NCBI GenBank assembly: GCA_023255955.1
Contig: JAGDWD010000007.1
Span: 71,929-135,928 of the forward strand
Direction of reading: 5' to 3'
Length of the DNA: 64,000 nt
Source of the DNA: Desulfurococcales archaeon
GTDB lineage: Archaea; Thermoproteota; Thermoprotei_A; Sulfolobales; NBVN01
A model generated the notes under the pieces. The model ran no database searches and was not told the DNA's origin. It saw only the letters and a list, made by a program, of their open reading frames with translations. Shown in pieces: positions 36,343 to 44,841 of this stretch (position 1 is its first letter; every line of letters starts with the position of its first letter). A program made the translations under genes and the position numbers.

Positions 36343-37905
36343 CTATACCACCACGTTACTTAAGTCATCTATCTTGAACGTCTTAAGCCTGGAGTTAAGT
36401 ATCTCCAAGAGCTTCACAGATATTTCGCGAGGGTCTACCTTGTATATCTTCGATAGTGAGTTAGCAACTTCAGGTATGTACTTAGCTATAGTTACTGCTT
36501 TCTCTATCTCCTCCATTTCCTTTCTTTTTCTTAGTATATAGGACCTTAGCTCCCGCAGTGAGTCTCTGATAGCGTTCTCAAGCTCTTTCTCTATTTCCGG
36601 TACGTCAGCAACAGCTTCTTTACCCACACCCTTGTACGGGATTTTAGTGCTACATATGTGGGTAAGTATGACGAGAGGTGCTGGAAACTCTATCTCGTAT
36701 ACACTGAAGTCTATACTCTCGTTTAATACCTTAATAACTACGTCACTACCTTCATCATAGAGTAGCGGTATTTTGTTGGCGTATCTAAGGACGAGAGGTT
36801 TTTCAACTAGGGGGACCTTTCCCCCATAAGCTAAACCAACTTCAACTATGAATGCGTGACCCTCGTATACGGATGGCTTCCTCGTGGTGGCATAAACAAA
36901 CTCAGGCTCGAATACTTTGTTGAGACCTGCAGTTATTATCTCATTACCTAAGTACGAAAGGTAGTCAGCCCTGGGGGGTTTCACGTCCTTAAAGTTCTTC
37001 ATGGTTTTTACTAAGACCTCCACCTCCATATCAGTAAGCTCACCTGACTTCTTGCCCGGATCTATCTTCGCTTCTTCGAGTATTCTTCGTGCAGTAGTCT
37101 CGCCAACTCCTTGGAAACTCTCTTTCAATGTCTCAACTATCGGTTTACTGGCTTTCGCTCTGATTATGTCCTTCAATGTCTCGATATCAACTCCGTGGGG
37201 GTGTGGGAGGATCTCCCTAGCTGGAGGCGGGAGCTTATCTATGACTCTCTCAAACAATATATAGTTACCTTCAGGGTCTCTGAACCCTATCTCAGCATAT
37301 GGAGCTATAATAGCTGTCCTCTTAATGTATTCATATATTCTCTGTTTTGCTCTAGACCAGTCTCCCAGAGTTACTAACCGGACCAACGTGCCGTGCTTAC
37401 CGTGAAGGTTAGATGTAACTGAGAAACTTAGTATAACCGGCTTATTCTCCTTTATATCTATCTTCAGCTTAAAGCTATAGATGTGCTTAGACTTTATGGG
37501 TGCTACTATCACATCGGCCGGCTGGCCGGTAGTGATCTGAGCATACAGTACAGCCATCTTAGCTCCTAAACCGAACATACCCCTAGACTGTCTCAACACG
37601 TATTTCGAGCTGAACAACAACTGCGCGAAAGCTTGAGGAACATACTTAGGAGGTATCCCCACCCCATTATCCTCTACTACGACCTCGTAATACCCTCCCT
37701 CCGGGATTTTCTCCAGCTCTCTTATTGAGACCTTTACAGTTGGGAGAATACCGTAGTTCTCTGTAGCGTCGAGGGAGTTCTCAATAAGCTCTCTTATAGT
37801 TTGATAAAGAGCTCTAGCAGGGTTTGAGAAACCTGCTAACTCCTTGTTCTTGTAGAAGAACTCAGCAGGTGATATAGCCTTAAAGCCCTCCTCCACCGCG
37901 GTCAC
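36343..37905 (-). CDS. top6B: DNA topoisomerase VI subunit B
   Basis: It has a GHKL ATPase (ELIENSLDA, DNGVGIP, GMFGLGAKM) plus a transducer domain. It lies directly upstream of top6A. Confidence 0.9.
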   Translation of the reverse strand: MTAVEEGFKAISPAEFFYKNKELAGFSNPARALYQTIRELIENSLDATENYGILPTVKVSIRELEKIPEGGYYEVVVEDNGVGIPPKYVPQAFAQLLFSSKYVLRQSRGMFGLGAKMAVLYAQITTGQPADVIVAPIKSKHIYSFKLKIDIKENKPVILSFSVTSNLHGKHGTLVRLVTLGDWSRAKQRIYEYIKRTAIIAPYAEIGFRDPEGNYILFERVIDKLPPPAREILPHPHGVDIETLKDIIRAKASKPIVETLKESFQGVGETTARRILEEAKIDPGKKSGELTDMEVEVLVKTMKNFKDVKPPRADYLSYLGNEIITAGLNKVFEPEFVYATTRKPSVYEGHAFIVEVGLAYGGKVPLVEKPLVLRYANKIPLLYDEGSDVVIKVLNESIDFSVYEIEFPAPLVILTHICSTKIPYKGVGKEAVADVPEIEKELENAIRDSLRELRSYILRKRKEMEEIEKAVTIAKYIPEVANSLSKIYKVDPREISVKLLEILNSRLKTFKIDDLSNVVV

Positions 37906-38043
37906 TCACTCCACACCTGAATAAATACTATAATCTCCCTCCTTTAAAGCCCGTTAGTATATCAGAGAAGAGAAGACACATCAACCATCAGGAGACCGTC
38001 ATCTCATCACTACCGAAGGTTAAACTCTACAATCCTAATAAGC

Positions 38044-38475
38044 TCACACCTTAAGTTCCCGACTAACGTAACGCCTCTGGCTTAGTACTTGAAGTAAGTA
38101 CCTTGTTAGAAGGGAGCACTTTGTCGGGTCGTAGTAGCCTCCCATACCGCACTTACCTATGTTCCGGCAGGTAAAGCACGGTATCTCAATTACTGGGTTA
38201 AGGTCTACATGGATAACTATAGGTGCTCTTGTAGTATCCGTATACCTCAGGATATAAGTCTTCTTCCCCTTATGGGTTACTGCTTCCCTACTTACAAGGC
38301 CCTTCCTCATTAATCTAGCTATCAGCTTACTACCTTCCCTGCTGTCAATACCGAGTAAATGCCATAACTCACTCTGTACTATACCACCATTTTTCTTTGT
38401 CTCCTCCCTGATTATCTCGAGGACCTTATCCTCAAGGCTTTCTTTTTCTATTATCTCAGGATCCCGAATATATTT
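38044..38475 (-). CDS. RPC34 (RNA polymerase III subunit C34/RPC6)-like winged-helix protein with a C-terminal 4-Cys motif; start codon unresolved
   Basis: The open frame 38475-38044 encodes a wHTH (EIIREETKKNGGIVQSELWHLLGIDSREGSKLIARLMRKGLV) and then CFTCRNIGKCGMGGYYDPTKC (C-x2-C-x5-C-x10-C). The first ATG/GTG/TTG is at 38310, inside the wHTH. Confidence 0.55.
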   Translation of the reverse strand, partial: KYIRDPEIIEKESLEDKVLEIIREETKKNGGIVQSELWHLLGIDSREGSKLIARLMRKGLVSREAVTHKGKKTYILRYTDTTRAPIVIHVDLNPVIEIPCFTCRNIGKCGMGGYYDPTKCSLLTRYLLQVLSQRRYVSRELKV

Positions 38476-38478
38476 TTA
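38467..38478 (-). promoter_or_regulatory. TATA-like box for the RPC34-like gene
   Basis: The minus strand reads TAAAAATATATT. This would place a transcription start near 38450, at in-frame ATA ATA codons (38454-38449). Confidence 0.3.
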
Positions 38479-38904
38479 GTTACAGAGCAAATATAGCTCT
38501 ATATCCCCCAGTATATTAAATTATTTAAGTGAAGCCCTCCCACTGGGAATGTTTTATGTGTCCTCCATGCTCACGAATGCGGCAGTAATACTGCATCATC
38601 TTTCAAGAACTTTATCTAGAACTTTCCAAGTATTTGTAGGTAGTTTTAGTTCTGTTGGCCGGGCAGTCCTTAGTGAGTACTACTAGCTCCAACCCCACCA
38701 CTTAGGACCTCATCGAGGTTGGTACTATAGATCTACATCTATTGATGAGAATTTCACCTTCTCAACCTCTCTCACCACAGTACGAACCACAGAGGAGCAA
38801 ACGTCTCAAGTACCTAAAACAAATAGACAAGTATTAAATCTATCATTACCCTGGTGGCCACTCCGACCGCCCCCGCAGATGAGAGATATATCCCCAGAAT
38901 AGAT

Positions 38905-38940
38905 GCGGAAATCCTTATTCTTCAGGGCGAGGAGGTCAGA
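38905..38940 (+). repeat. Dispersed hairpin element, copy c
   Basis: Sequence: GCGGAAATCCTTATTCTTCAGGGCGAGGAGGTCAGA. The stem is 38913-38920/38925-38932 with loop TTCA. Confidence 0.5.
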
Positions 38941-38993
38941 ATGTTAGGATTTTTCCCTAGATAACAAGCTTAATTCCGAGTCGCAGAAACTTA

Positions 38994-39521
38994 GTGGTGG
39001 GACTTACGTCCAGTATCAATAAGGTTGTTCTAGCTGAGCTTCTAGATGAGGAACTATCGAAACTAGACCTCGAAGAAGTATCGAATATCGCTAAGGAAGT
39101 AAGACAGGGCCTTGCTTTCTGCCTCAGTAGGATGTTGCCGTGTTCAGAGCTGGTTAGACTCCTCCTAGATCTAGCAACCTCGATATCTCAAACCAGGTTA
39201 ACAAAGGTGGTTTCAGGTAAGATCCCGAAAGAAGCAAGTGGTGAAGCGTTTATCGACATAGAGTTCCTGAGGGGTTTAGTACGTGAGGTACTTATGTATT
39301 ACCTCGTAATAGTTCTCGGTTTAGTGGATCATGAGCTGAGGATTCCAGTAAAATTTGAGGAGGAAGTATCTATTGCTGGACGTAAGTACAGACCCTTCGC
39401 ATCCAAATTACTCCCAGCATCTGAAGTCATGTCATTACAACATGCGGGAGCTAAGATCAAGATCATATTACCTAGGGACATCTATAAGTGTCTAGACGTA
39501 GCACTCAATATTAAGAAGTAA
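38994..39521 (+). CDS. Hypothetical protein (helical N-terminus; any GINS-like resemblance is weak)
   Basis: The ORF is 175 aa with a GTG start and coding-like composition. No diagnostic motif was found. Confidence 0.4.
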   Translation: MVGLTSSINKVVLAELLDEELSKLDLEEVSNIAKEVRQGLAFCLSRMLPCSELVRLLLDLATSISQTRLTKVVSGKIPKEASGEAFIDIEFLRGLVREVLMYYLVIVLGLVDHELRIPVKFEEEVSIAGRKYRPFASKLLPASEVMSLQHAGAKIKIILPRDIYKCLDVALNIKK

Positions 39522-39563
39522 TATGTAGGCTAATGACTTAAGAACCAGTAAATTAGGTTGTCC

Positions 39564-40772
39564 CTATCCTAGTAACGCCCCCTGAGCCTTCAGCTCGTTT
39601 CTTACTTTCTCTAATATTTCCTTATCAGGAACCTCAAACACTATGTCGACCAGCGCGTATCCTGAGGGTATCTCAAGCCCTATTCTCTCATGTCTTATCT
39701 CTATAATGTTGCACCTATACTTAGCTAGAACGGATAAGGCTCTGTGGAGGGATCCAGGAACATCCTCTAGGAGTACGGACAGCTTAGCTACGCGCCCACC
39801 CGCACTTAGACCTTTCAGGATTACTCTGTAAATCGTAGTTAGGTCAGCATTACCTCCACTTATTACTGCTACTACATTTTTCCCGTAACCGCTGAGGTAG
39901 CCACTTAGTAAAGCAGCAAGGGGTAGTGCCCCAGCACCTTCAGCTACTAGTTTAGATCTCTCCATGAGTAGGAACATTGCCTGAGCTATAGAGTCCTCAT
40001 CTACCAAGACAACATCATCGACTACCTCACTCATCACTCTATACGTAAGCTCTCCTACGGATTTCGTTATAACTCCATCTGCTATGCTGGGCTTGACCGT
40101 CACAGTAATAGGCTTCCCCGAGTTTCTGGCTTCATAGTATTTAGGAGCGTTCTTAGGTTCGACAGCTACGACCTTAACCTTACTACCGAGTAGCTTTTTT
40201 ACAGCTATGCCTATACCTGAGATAAGCCCTCCTCCACCTACAGGAACTAAAACGTAGTCAGCGTCTCTCAGGTTCGTCGCTATCTCCACACCTATCGTTC
40301 CCTGCCCAGCAATAACGTAAGGATCGTCGAAGGGGTGTACCAGGATCGAACCCGTCTCCCTAGATATATCGAGGGCTCTCTCGTAAGCCTCATCATATAT
40401 TCTCCCAAAAAGCACTACATTAGCTCCATACGACCTCGTCGCGTTAACTTTATATGGAGGAGTCGTCTCGGGCATGACTATAGTAGCCTTAACACCTAAC
40501 TCTGACGCTGAGTAAGCAACTCCCTGGGCATGGTTACCTGAAGAAGCTGCTACTACACCGAACTTTCTACACCTATCGAGCTCTGATAGTATCTTAAAGT
40601 AAGCACCTCGAACTTTGAAAGCACCTGTTTTCTGCAGGTTCTCAAGCTTTAGGAAGACGTTATTCCCTGAGAGCCTGGAAAAGAACAGTGAGCTTACGAG
40701 GGGTGTTCTGTGGATAGCACCATCAATAGCCTCATTAGCTCTTCTTATTAAGTCCCAGATGCTGTCAGTTAT
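39564..40772 (-). CDS. Threonine ammonia-lyase (threonine dehydratase, PLP-dependent, C-terminal ACT domain); 5' end unresolved
   Basis: The frame reads continuously ...ITDSIWDLIRRANEAIDGAIHRTPLVSS...LKLENLQKTGAFKVRGA (PLP lysine)...SSGNHAQGVAY...VMPETTP... but contains no ATG/GTG/TTG upstream of 40475. The listed 5' end is the in-frame ATA at 40772-40770. Confidence 0.8.
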   Translation of the reverse strand: MTDSIWDLIRRANEAIDGAIHRTPLVSSLFFSRLSGNNVFLKLENLQKTGAFKVRGAYFKILSELDRCRKFGVVAASSGNHAQGVAYSASELGVKATIVMPETTPPYKVNATRSYGANVVLFGRIYDEAYERALDISRETGSILVHPFDDPYVIAGQGTIGVEIATNLRDADYVLVPVGGGGLISGIGIAVKKLLGSKVKVVAVEPKNAPKYYEARNSGKPITVTVKPSIADGVITKSVGELTYRVMSEVVDDVVLVDEDSIAQAMFLLMERSKLVAEGAGALPLAALLSGYLSGYGKNVVAVISGGNADLTTIYRVILKGLSAGGRVAKLSVLLEDVPGSLHRALSVLAKYRCNIIEIRHERIGLEIPSGYALVDIVFEVPDKEILEKVRNELKAQGALLG

Positions 40773-40808
40773 GCTCAGAGTCCGGCACCAATATATCGCT
40801 ACCTGCGG

Positions 40809-40817
40809 TATATTAAA
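40809..40817. promoter_or_regulatory. Shared TATA-like box between divergent genes
   Basis: TATATTAAA on the plus strand reads TTTAATATA on the minus strand. It lies 14-35 nt upstream of the aglH-like ATGs (40831, 40844) and about 25 nt upstream of the GTG at 40788 on the minus strand. Confidence 0.35.
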
Positions 40818-40830
40818 GCTGAGGTGGAAT

Positions 40831-41841
40831 ATGTTTAATTTGATGGTAATGGCAGTAGATCTAGCGATACTAATGGCAACTACTATAACTGTGATCGCAA
40901 GTTACAGCATATCATACCTAGTTTCGAAAATAGAGAAGAAGTTCGGGCTTGTTGCTGTAGATATACATAAGCCCGGTAAGGTCGTCGTGGCCCGTACGGG
41001 AGGGATAGCCCTCATACTCTCACTATCACTTGCTCTAGCAGTATGGGGTACTCTGGGGAGAGTAAACTCGGTAGCCCTCATATACGTTCTCTCAGCAATA
41101 ATAGCTGGATTAATGGGGTTATTTGACGACTTTAAACACCTTAATGTCAGGACGAAGCTGATTCTATTCAGCTTACCGGCACTTCTACCAGTTGTACTAG
41201 GTCTGTACGTTCCACATCCATTCATCCCGCTGATAGGTCATCTCAGGTTGACTATAGTTTATCCTATATTAGTTATAGTAGCGTTCGATGTTTTAGCTAA
41301 TGCCTTCAACATGAGCGATACACATAACGGTGTGATAGTCTCAGCATTCCTCATATTCTCTATCTCCCTCTATATCTCCACCTTCCTCCCAGGACCCAGA
41401 CCTATGGAGGGTTTCGAAATTCTACTAGCTATAGCAACCCTAGTGGTTGTGGGGTATCTCCCGCTTAATGCCTACCCAGCTAAGATGTTGAATGGTAATT
41501 CAGGGTCCCACCTAATAGGAACCCTCGTAGCTGCCCTGACTATAGCCTCTCGACGGGAGTTTCTAGCTATCATGCTTTTAATACCTCAAATACTTAATGG
41601 CTATCTCGTACTCCTAACTGCTGGGCTTAGAAGCAAGGAGAGTATTGAGAGACCTACTAAGCTATCTAGAGATGGTATAATACTTCCTAATTGCAGTCCT
41701 AATGCTCCGATAACCTTCGTTAAGTTAATGGTTATAGATCGAGGACTGAGAGAGAAAGAATTGGTGATACGCTACATAATGCTTCAGGTGATAGCTAGCA
41801 CCACATCATTACTACTTTACTTCGTTATGACTTCACTATGA
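40831..41841 (+). CDS. Glycosyltransferase family 4 (UDP-GlcNAc:dolichyl-phosphate GlcNAc-1-P transferase, AglH/WecA-like)
   Basis: It is a polytopic membrane protein with GLFDDFKHL and NAFNMSDTHNG motifs. The first 72 codons of track ORF 40615-41841 are antisense to the threonine dehydratase gene and were discarded. Confidence 0.75.
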   Translation: MFNLMVMAVDLAILMATTITVIASYSISYLVSKIEKKFGLVAVDIHKPGKVVVARTGGIALILSLSLALAVWGTLGRVNSVALIYVLSAIIAGLMGLFDDFKHLNVRTKLILFSLPALLPVVLGLYVPHPFIPLIGHLRLTIVYPILVIVAFDVLANAFNMSDTHNGVIVSAFLIFSISLYISTFLPGPRPMEGFEILLAIATLVVVGYLPLNAYPAKMLNGNSGSHLIGTLVAALTIASRREFLAIMLLIPQILNGYLVLLTAGLRSKESIERPTKLSRDGIILPNCSPNAPITFVKLMVIDRGLREKELVIRYIMLQVIASTTSLLLYFVMTSL

Positions 41842-42822
41842 TCTTAGGACTTTACTAGTGGAGTAGACAGTATATCCCAGGTCAGATATCCTACTTATCC
41901 AGACATCGCAGTGAGTTCCTATCCTACTTAGGTTGCTCAGGATATTTCTTTTAGCTTGCTCAGCTACAACGTAATTATCTGTAAACCCAAAGATGGTCGG
42001 GCCCCAACTGCTCTGGCCTATCCCTCTAAGCCCGCTCTCAAGCATTATCTTTGATATTAAGTCCCCGTAAGGGCTGCTGAAGAACCCGCCCTGCGCTTTA
42101 CTGAAATACCTGCCCGCAACTCTCTGTACTGTCTCGATAGCTCGGGTAAACATATCTATTCTCTCTAGCTTAACACCTGTAAGTAACTCTACCAGAGCCC
42201 TGTAGAGATCTCTCTGGTGTTCTACAGCGGTAGGACTATCCATATACGGTTTCTCCTCACTCTCGCTTAGCCCCCTACCCTCGGGAACAGCTACAACTAC
42301 GTACCAGCTACGGGGCACTCTCAGGAGAGCTAGAGGTTTAGGAATTTCCCTCCCGCTAAGATCAGTTACACCGGAATCTACGGCTAGTCCTCCAAAGATG
42401 AACGTATAGTATCCGACACAACTATACCTGCAACGACCTAAACTCAGCAACAGGCTCTCGAAATCCAGGTCTGTTTTATTGAGAAGCGTGGATGTCGCTA
42501 CTGCTGTAGATAGATATATTCGGGTTATCGACCCTAGACCTGAGTGATGCTTCAAATACCCGTCCAACTCAATAACTCCAGATGTGAGACCCAGGTGCTT
42601 AGCCACCCTGAGTATGGCCTCCTTAGACTCCTCTGTAGGTGTCCTCAGCTTTAGGCCATTACTATCACTACTTGATGTTATTCTCAGCTCTAGGTAGGGC
42701 TCCTCTAGAGCTATGCCGATAGATCCGTAATAGACTCCCTCATCTAGGTACCTATAAAAGCCTAGGTGGAGCCTATATCCAGCTCTTACAGCCACCCTCC
42801 AAGCACTCAATCCTGTACCCAC
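41836..42822 (-). CDS. mptG: Beta-ribofuranosylaminobenzene 5'-phosphate synthase (GHMP-kinase fold, MptG-like)
   Basis: The N-terminus is ...RAGYRLHLGFYRY...GSIGIALEEP, with GHMP-like motifs. The start is uncertain (GTG 42822, TTG 42810 or GTG 42795). Confidence 0.7.
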   Translation of the reverse strand: MGTGLSAWRVAVRAGYRLHLGFYRYLDEGVYYGSIGIALEEPYLELRITSSSDSNGLKLRTPTEESKEAILRVAKHLGLTSGVIELDGYLKHHSGLGSITRIYLSTAVATSTLLNKTDLDFESLLLSLGRCRYSCVGYYTFIFGGLAVDSGVTDLSGREIPKPLALLRVPRSWYVVVAVPEGRGLSESEEKPYMDSPTAVEHQRDLYRALVELLTGVKLERIDMFTRAIETVQRVAGRYFSKAQGGFFSSPYGDLISKIMLESGLRGIGQSSWGPTIFGFTDNYVVAEQAKRNILSNLSRIGTHCDVWISRISDLGYTVYSTSKVLRS

Positions 42823-43534
42823 TATATTTGAGCAACTGAAGTAAAAGTTTCGCCCATGCTAACTTAGCTAGCTTATTCTTGATATTAATTAATGTGCCTG
42901 AAGGTTTTTCTAGCCTAGAGACTCTACCGAAGTCGAAGCCGTAAAGGTATACCCTACTAGCACCATAACTGAAGGCAAGATAGACTCCTCTATCCCCATC
43001 TGTAAAACCACCTGGGACATCTACCCTATGCGAACACCCGCACTGAGCAGTTCCGATAAGAAAACCCCGAACTTCAGGTACTAGCGATACTATCTTGTCG
43101 ATATTGTCCCCATGAGCGTGAACTACGTAGACTACGTCTCTATAGCCCAACATATCCCGAGTAATCCCATCTAGATCTGTAACCACGACATCGGGGATTA
43201 TACCCTCCCTCAAACACACCCCAAACGCGGCGTCTGCTGCTATTAAAACCTTCCCGGACTTGCTCGGACATCCCGATGTGAAAGCATCCCCAACGACGAT
43301 AGCGTCCCCACCTTCGAGGAGTTTAGATAGGTACCTACGTGACTCAAACACTAGTTCCATCCTAGTCGACAGTATAATGTCAAGAATTCGGCAAGAATAG
43401 TGATCCCTTTCCCTATCAAATCCTAGGTTAGCAATTATAGAGTCATAGAAGATCTCCCAGAAGAATCTATCCCTAACAGACACTACCCACCCCCAGGTCC
43501 TTAAGGTCCTTACATACAGTCTCAGCACACTCAA
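42773..43534 (-). CDS. mptE: 6-hydroxymethyl-7,8-dihydropterin pyrophosphokinase, MptE-like (DUF115)
   Basis: Motifs VVVTDLDGI, VVHAHGDNIDK and GGFTDGDRG are present. The true start is probably the GTG at 43483. Confidence 0.7.
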   Translation of the reverse strand: MSVLRLYVRTLRTWGWVVSVRDRFFWEIFYDSIIANLGFDRERDHYSCRILDIILSTRMELVFESRRYLSKLLEGGDAIVVGDAFTSGCPSKSGKVLIAADAAFGVCLREGIIPDVVVTDLDGITRDMLGYRDVVYVVHAHGDNIDKIVSLVPEVRGFLIGTAQCGCSHRVDVPGGFTDGDRGVYLAFSYGASRVYLYGFDFGRVSRLEKPSGTLINIKNKLAKLAWAKLLLQLLKYSGYRIECLEGGCKSWI

Positions 43535-44177
43535 CTAAATCACTGGATCCAAGTCTCCTAACCAATGAAATACTGTAGCTAAGCATCTCAATCCACCTTG
43601 AGAGCTCGGGGATTTCTCGGTAACCCGATGAAATGAAGTACCTTATCTTTGTGAGGTAAACTAAAGCCTCGATAAGCATGGAGTTAGCTCTACTATATGA
43701 GAAGTAACGACCTCTACCTTCATAAACACCGAGTACGGAGAGAATCACGGAGGCTCTCTGACCCTCTTCTACAATAAGTTTCGGGACTGCCTCAACATGC
43801 ATATCTACGTCAGCATCCAATACGTAGAAACCACTATTCCGACCACTTACGTATCTAAGCTTAAACGGTCTTAAAACAACGTCGCAGAATATTAATGCGT
43901 TATGGGTGAACAGCAGAGAAACTGGGGAACCCGCCTTTATGTTTCTGTATGTTCGGCTATCGATATAGGGGAATATAGCGAGGCCCTCATTGAGTAAGCG
44001 GACTCCCATAGCCGCAGCATGAGGTTTTTCAGCCTCATCTACAGTGATCACTATAGCTTCATGATGCCCATATCTTAGGGCATCCCTTAGCTTACTGAGA
44101 TATTCTGTATCCACATCCACAACGCGTTCTCGGTTGTCAGTAGATATTTCAACCACCAGCCGCGTAGAGGATCCCAC
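43473..44177 (-). CDS. DUF447-family protein (FMN-binding split-barrel-like, found in pterin biosynthesis neighbourhoods)
   Basis: The frame was trimmed to GTG 44177 because the upstream part of track ORF 43473-44333 is antisense to tRNA-Arg. The remaining ~234 aa look coding. Confidence 0.55.
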   Translation of the reverse strand: MGSSTRLVVEISTDNRERVVDVDTEYLSKLRDALRYGHHEAIVITVDEAEKPHAAAMGVRLLNEGLAIFPYIDSRTYRNIKAGSPVSLLFTHNALIFCDVVLRPFKLRYVSGRNSGFYVLDADVDMHVEAVPKLIVEEGQRASVILSVLGVYEGRGRYFSYSRANSMLIEALVYLTKIRYFISSGYREIPELSRWIEMLSYSISLVRRLGSSDLVECAETVCKDLKDLGVGSVC

Positions 44178-44218
44178 TAAATCACTTAAAAACTCTTTCT
44201 GAGTATAGCTCTTGGAGT

Positions 44219-44327
<109 letters not shown>

Positions 44328-44329
44328 CA

Positions 44330-44773
44330 TCATTTATAAAGTAGTTTCCTCAAAGTCGGTGAGTCATCCTGCAGTAGCAGCTCGAGAGCTACTGCCTCAA
44401 TAAGTTCACAGTCTACTTCCTCACTTCTGAGTTTTCCTTGGGATATAGCTAAGTCGAGAGCTACTAGGTGGTAACAAGTTCCCTTACTTCTCCTCATTAC
44501 TACCCCTATCTCAAAGTCTTTACAGCTACAGAAGGTCCTCGGTAGCATGATGTAGCACCTACTCTTCCCGAGGAATACGTAGAGCTCTGAAACTATCCTC
44601 CCACTGCTTCTGCAGTATAACCTCAGTAACCGATTCTCTTTTAAAGCCTCTAAAGCTTTCTCAGGAGGTTTCTCGAGGCTGGTGACAACGCTTTTATCTA
44701 CTGACCTCTTATCTAACCTCTCTATCTGCTCCCTATCTGCAACTCCTACTACCATAGCTCGAAACTTCTCCAT
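44330..44773 (-). CDS. SWIM zinc-finger-like protein
   Basis: CSCKDFEIGVVMRRSKGTCYHLVAL fits the SWIM signature CxCxnCxH. The product is 147 aa. Confidence 0.5.
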   Translation of the reverse strand: MEKFRAMVVGVADREQIERLDKRSVDKSVVTSLEKPPEKALEALKENRLLRLYCRSSGRIVSELYVFLGKSRCYIMLPRTFCSCKDFEIGVVMRRSKGTCYHLVALDLAISQGKLRSEEVDCELIEAVALELLLQDDSPTLRKLLYK

Positions 44774-44841
44774 AGTATAGTGCTACTTGAATTCATTAAA
44801 TAGTTGAAGCTTTCTCGGGGTTCTAGTAATCTATATCTAAA

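Noticed and set aside
7787-38963. Small protein paralogues encoded across the hairpin elements (copy a reads ...IESLVLQGWDEKFMG and copy c reads ...AEILILQGEEVRMLG).
   Set aside because: The apparent peptide similarity coincides with the conserved stem-loop nucleotides. Copies g and e contain in-frame stops. No copy has a convincing start codon. An RNA or DNA-level element is more parsimonious.
40615-40830. N-terminal 72 codons of track ORF 40615-41841 (MKAPVFCRFSSFRK...).
   Set aside because: This stretch is antisense to the conserved N-terminal coding region of threonine dehydratase. The glycosyltransferase starts at ATG 40831 (or 40844).
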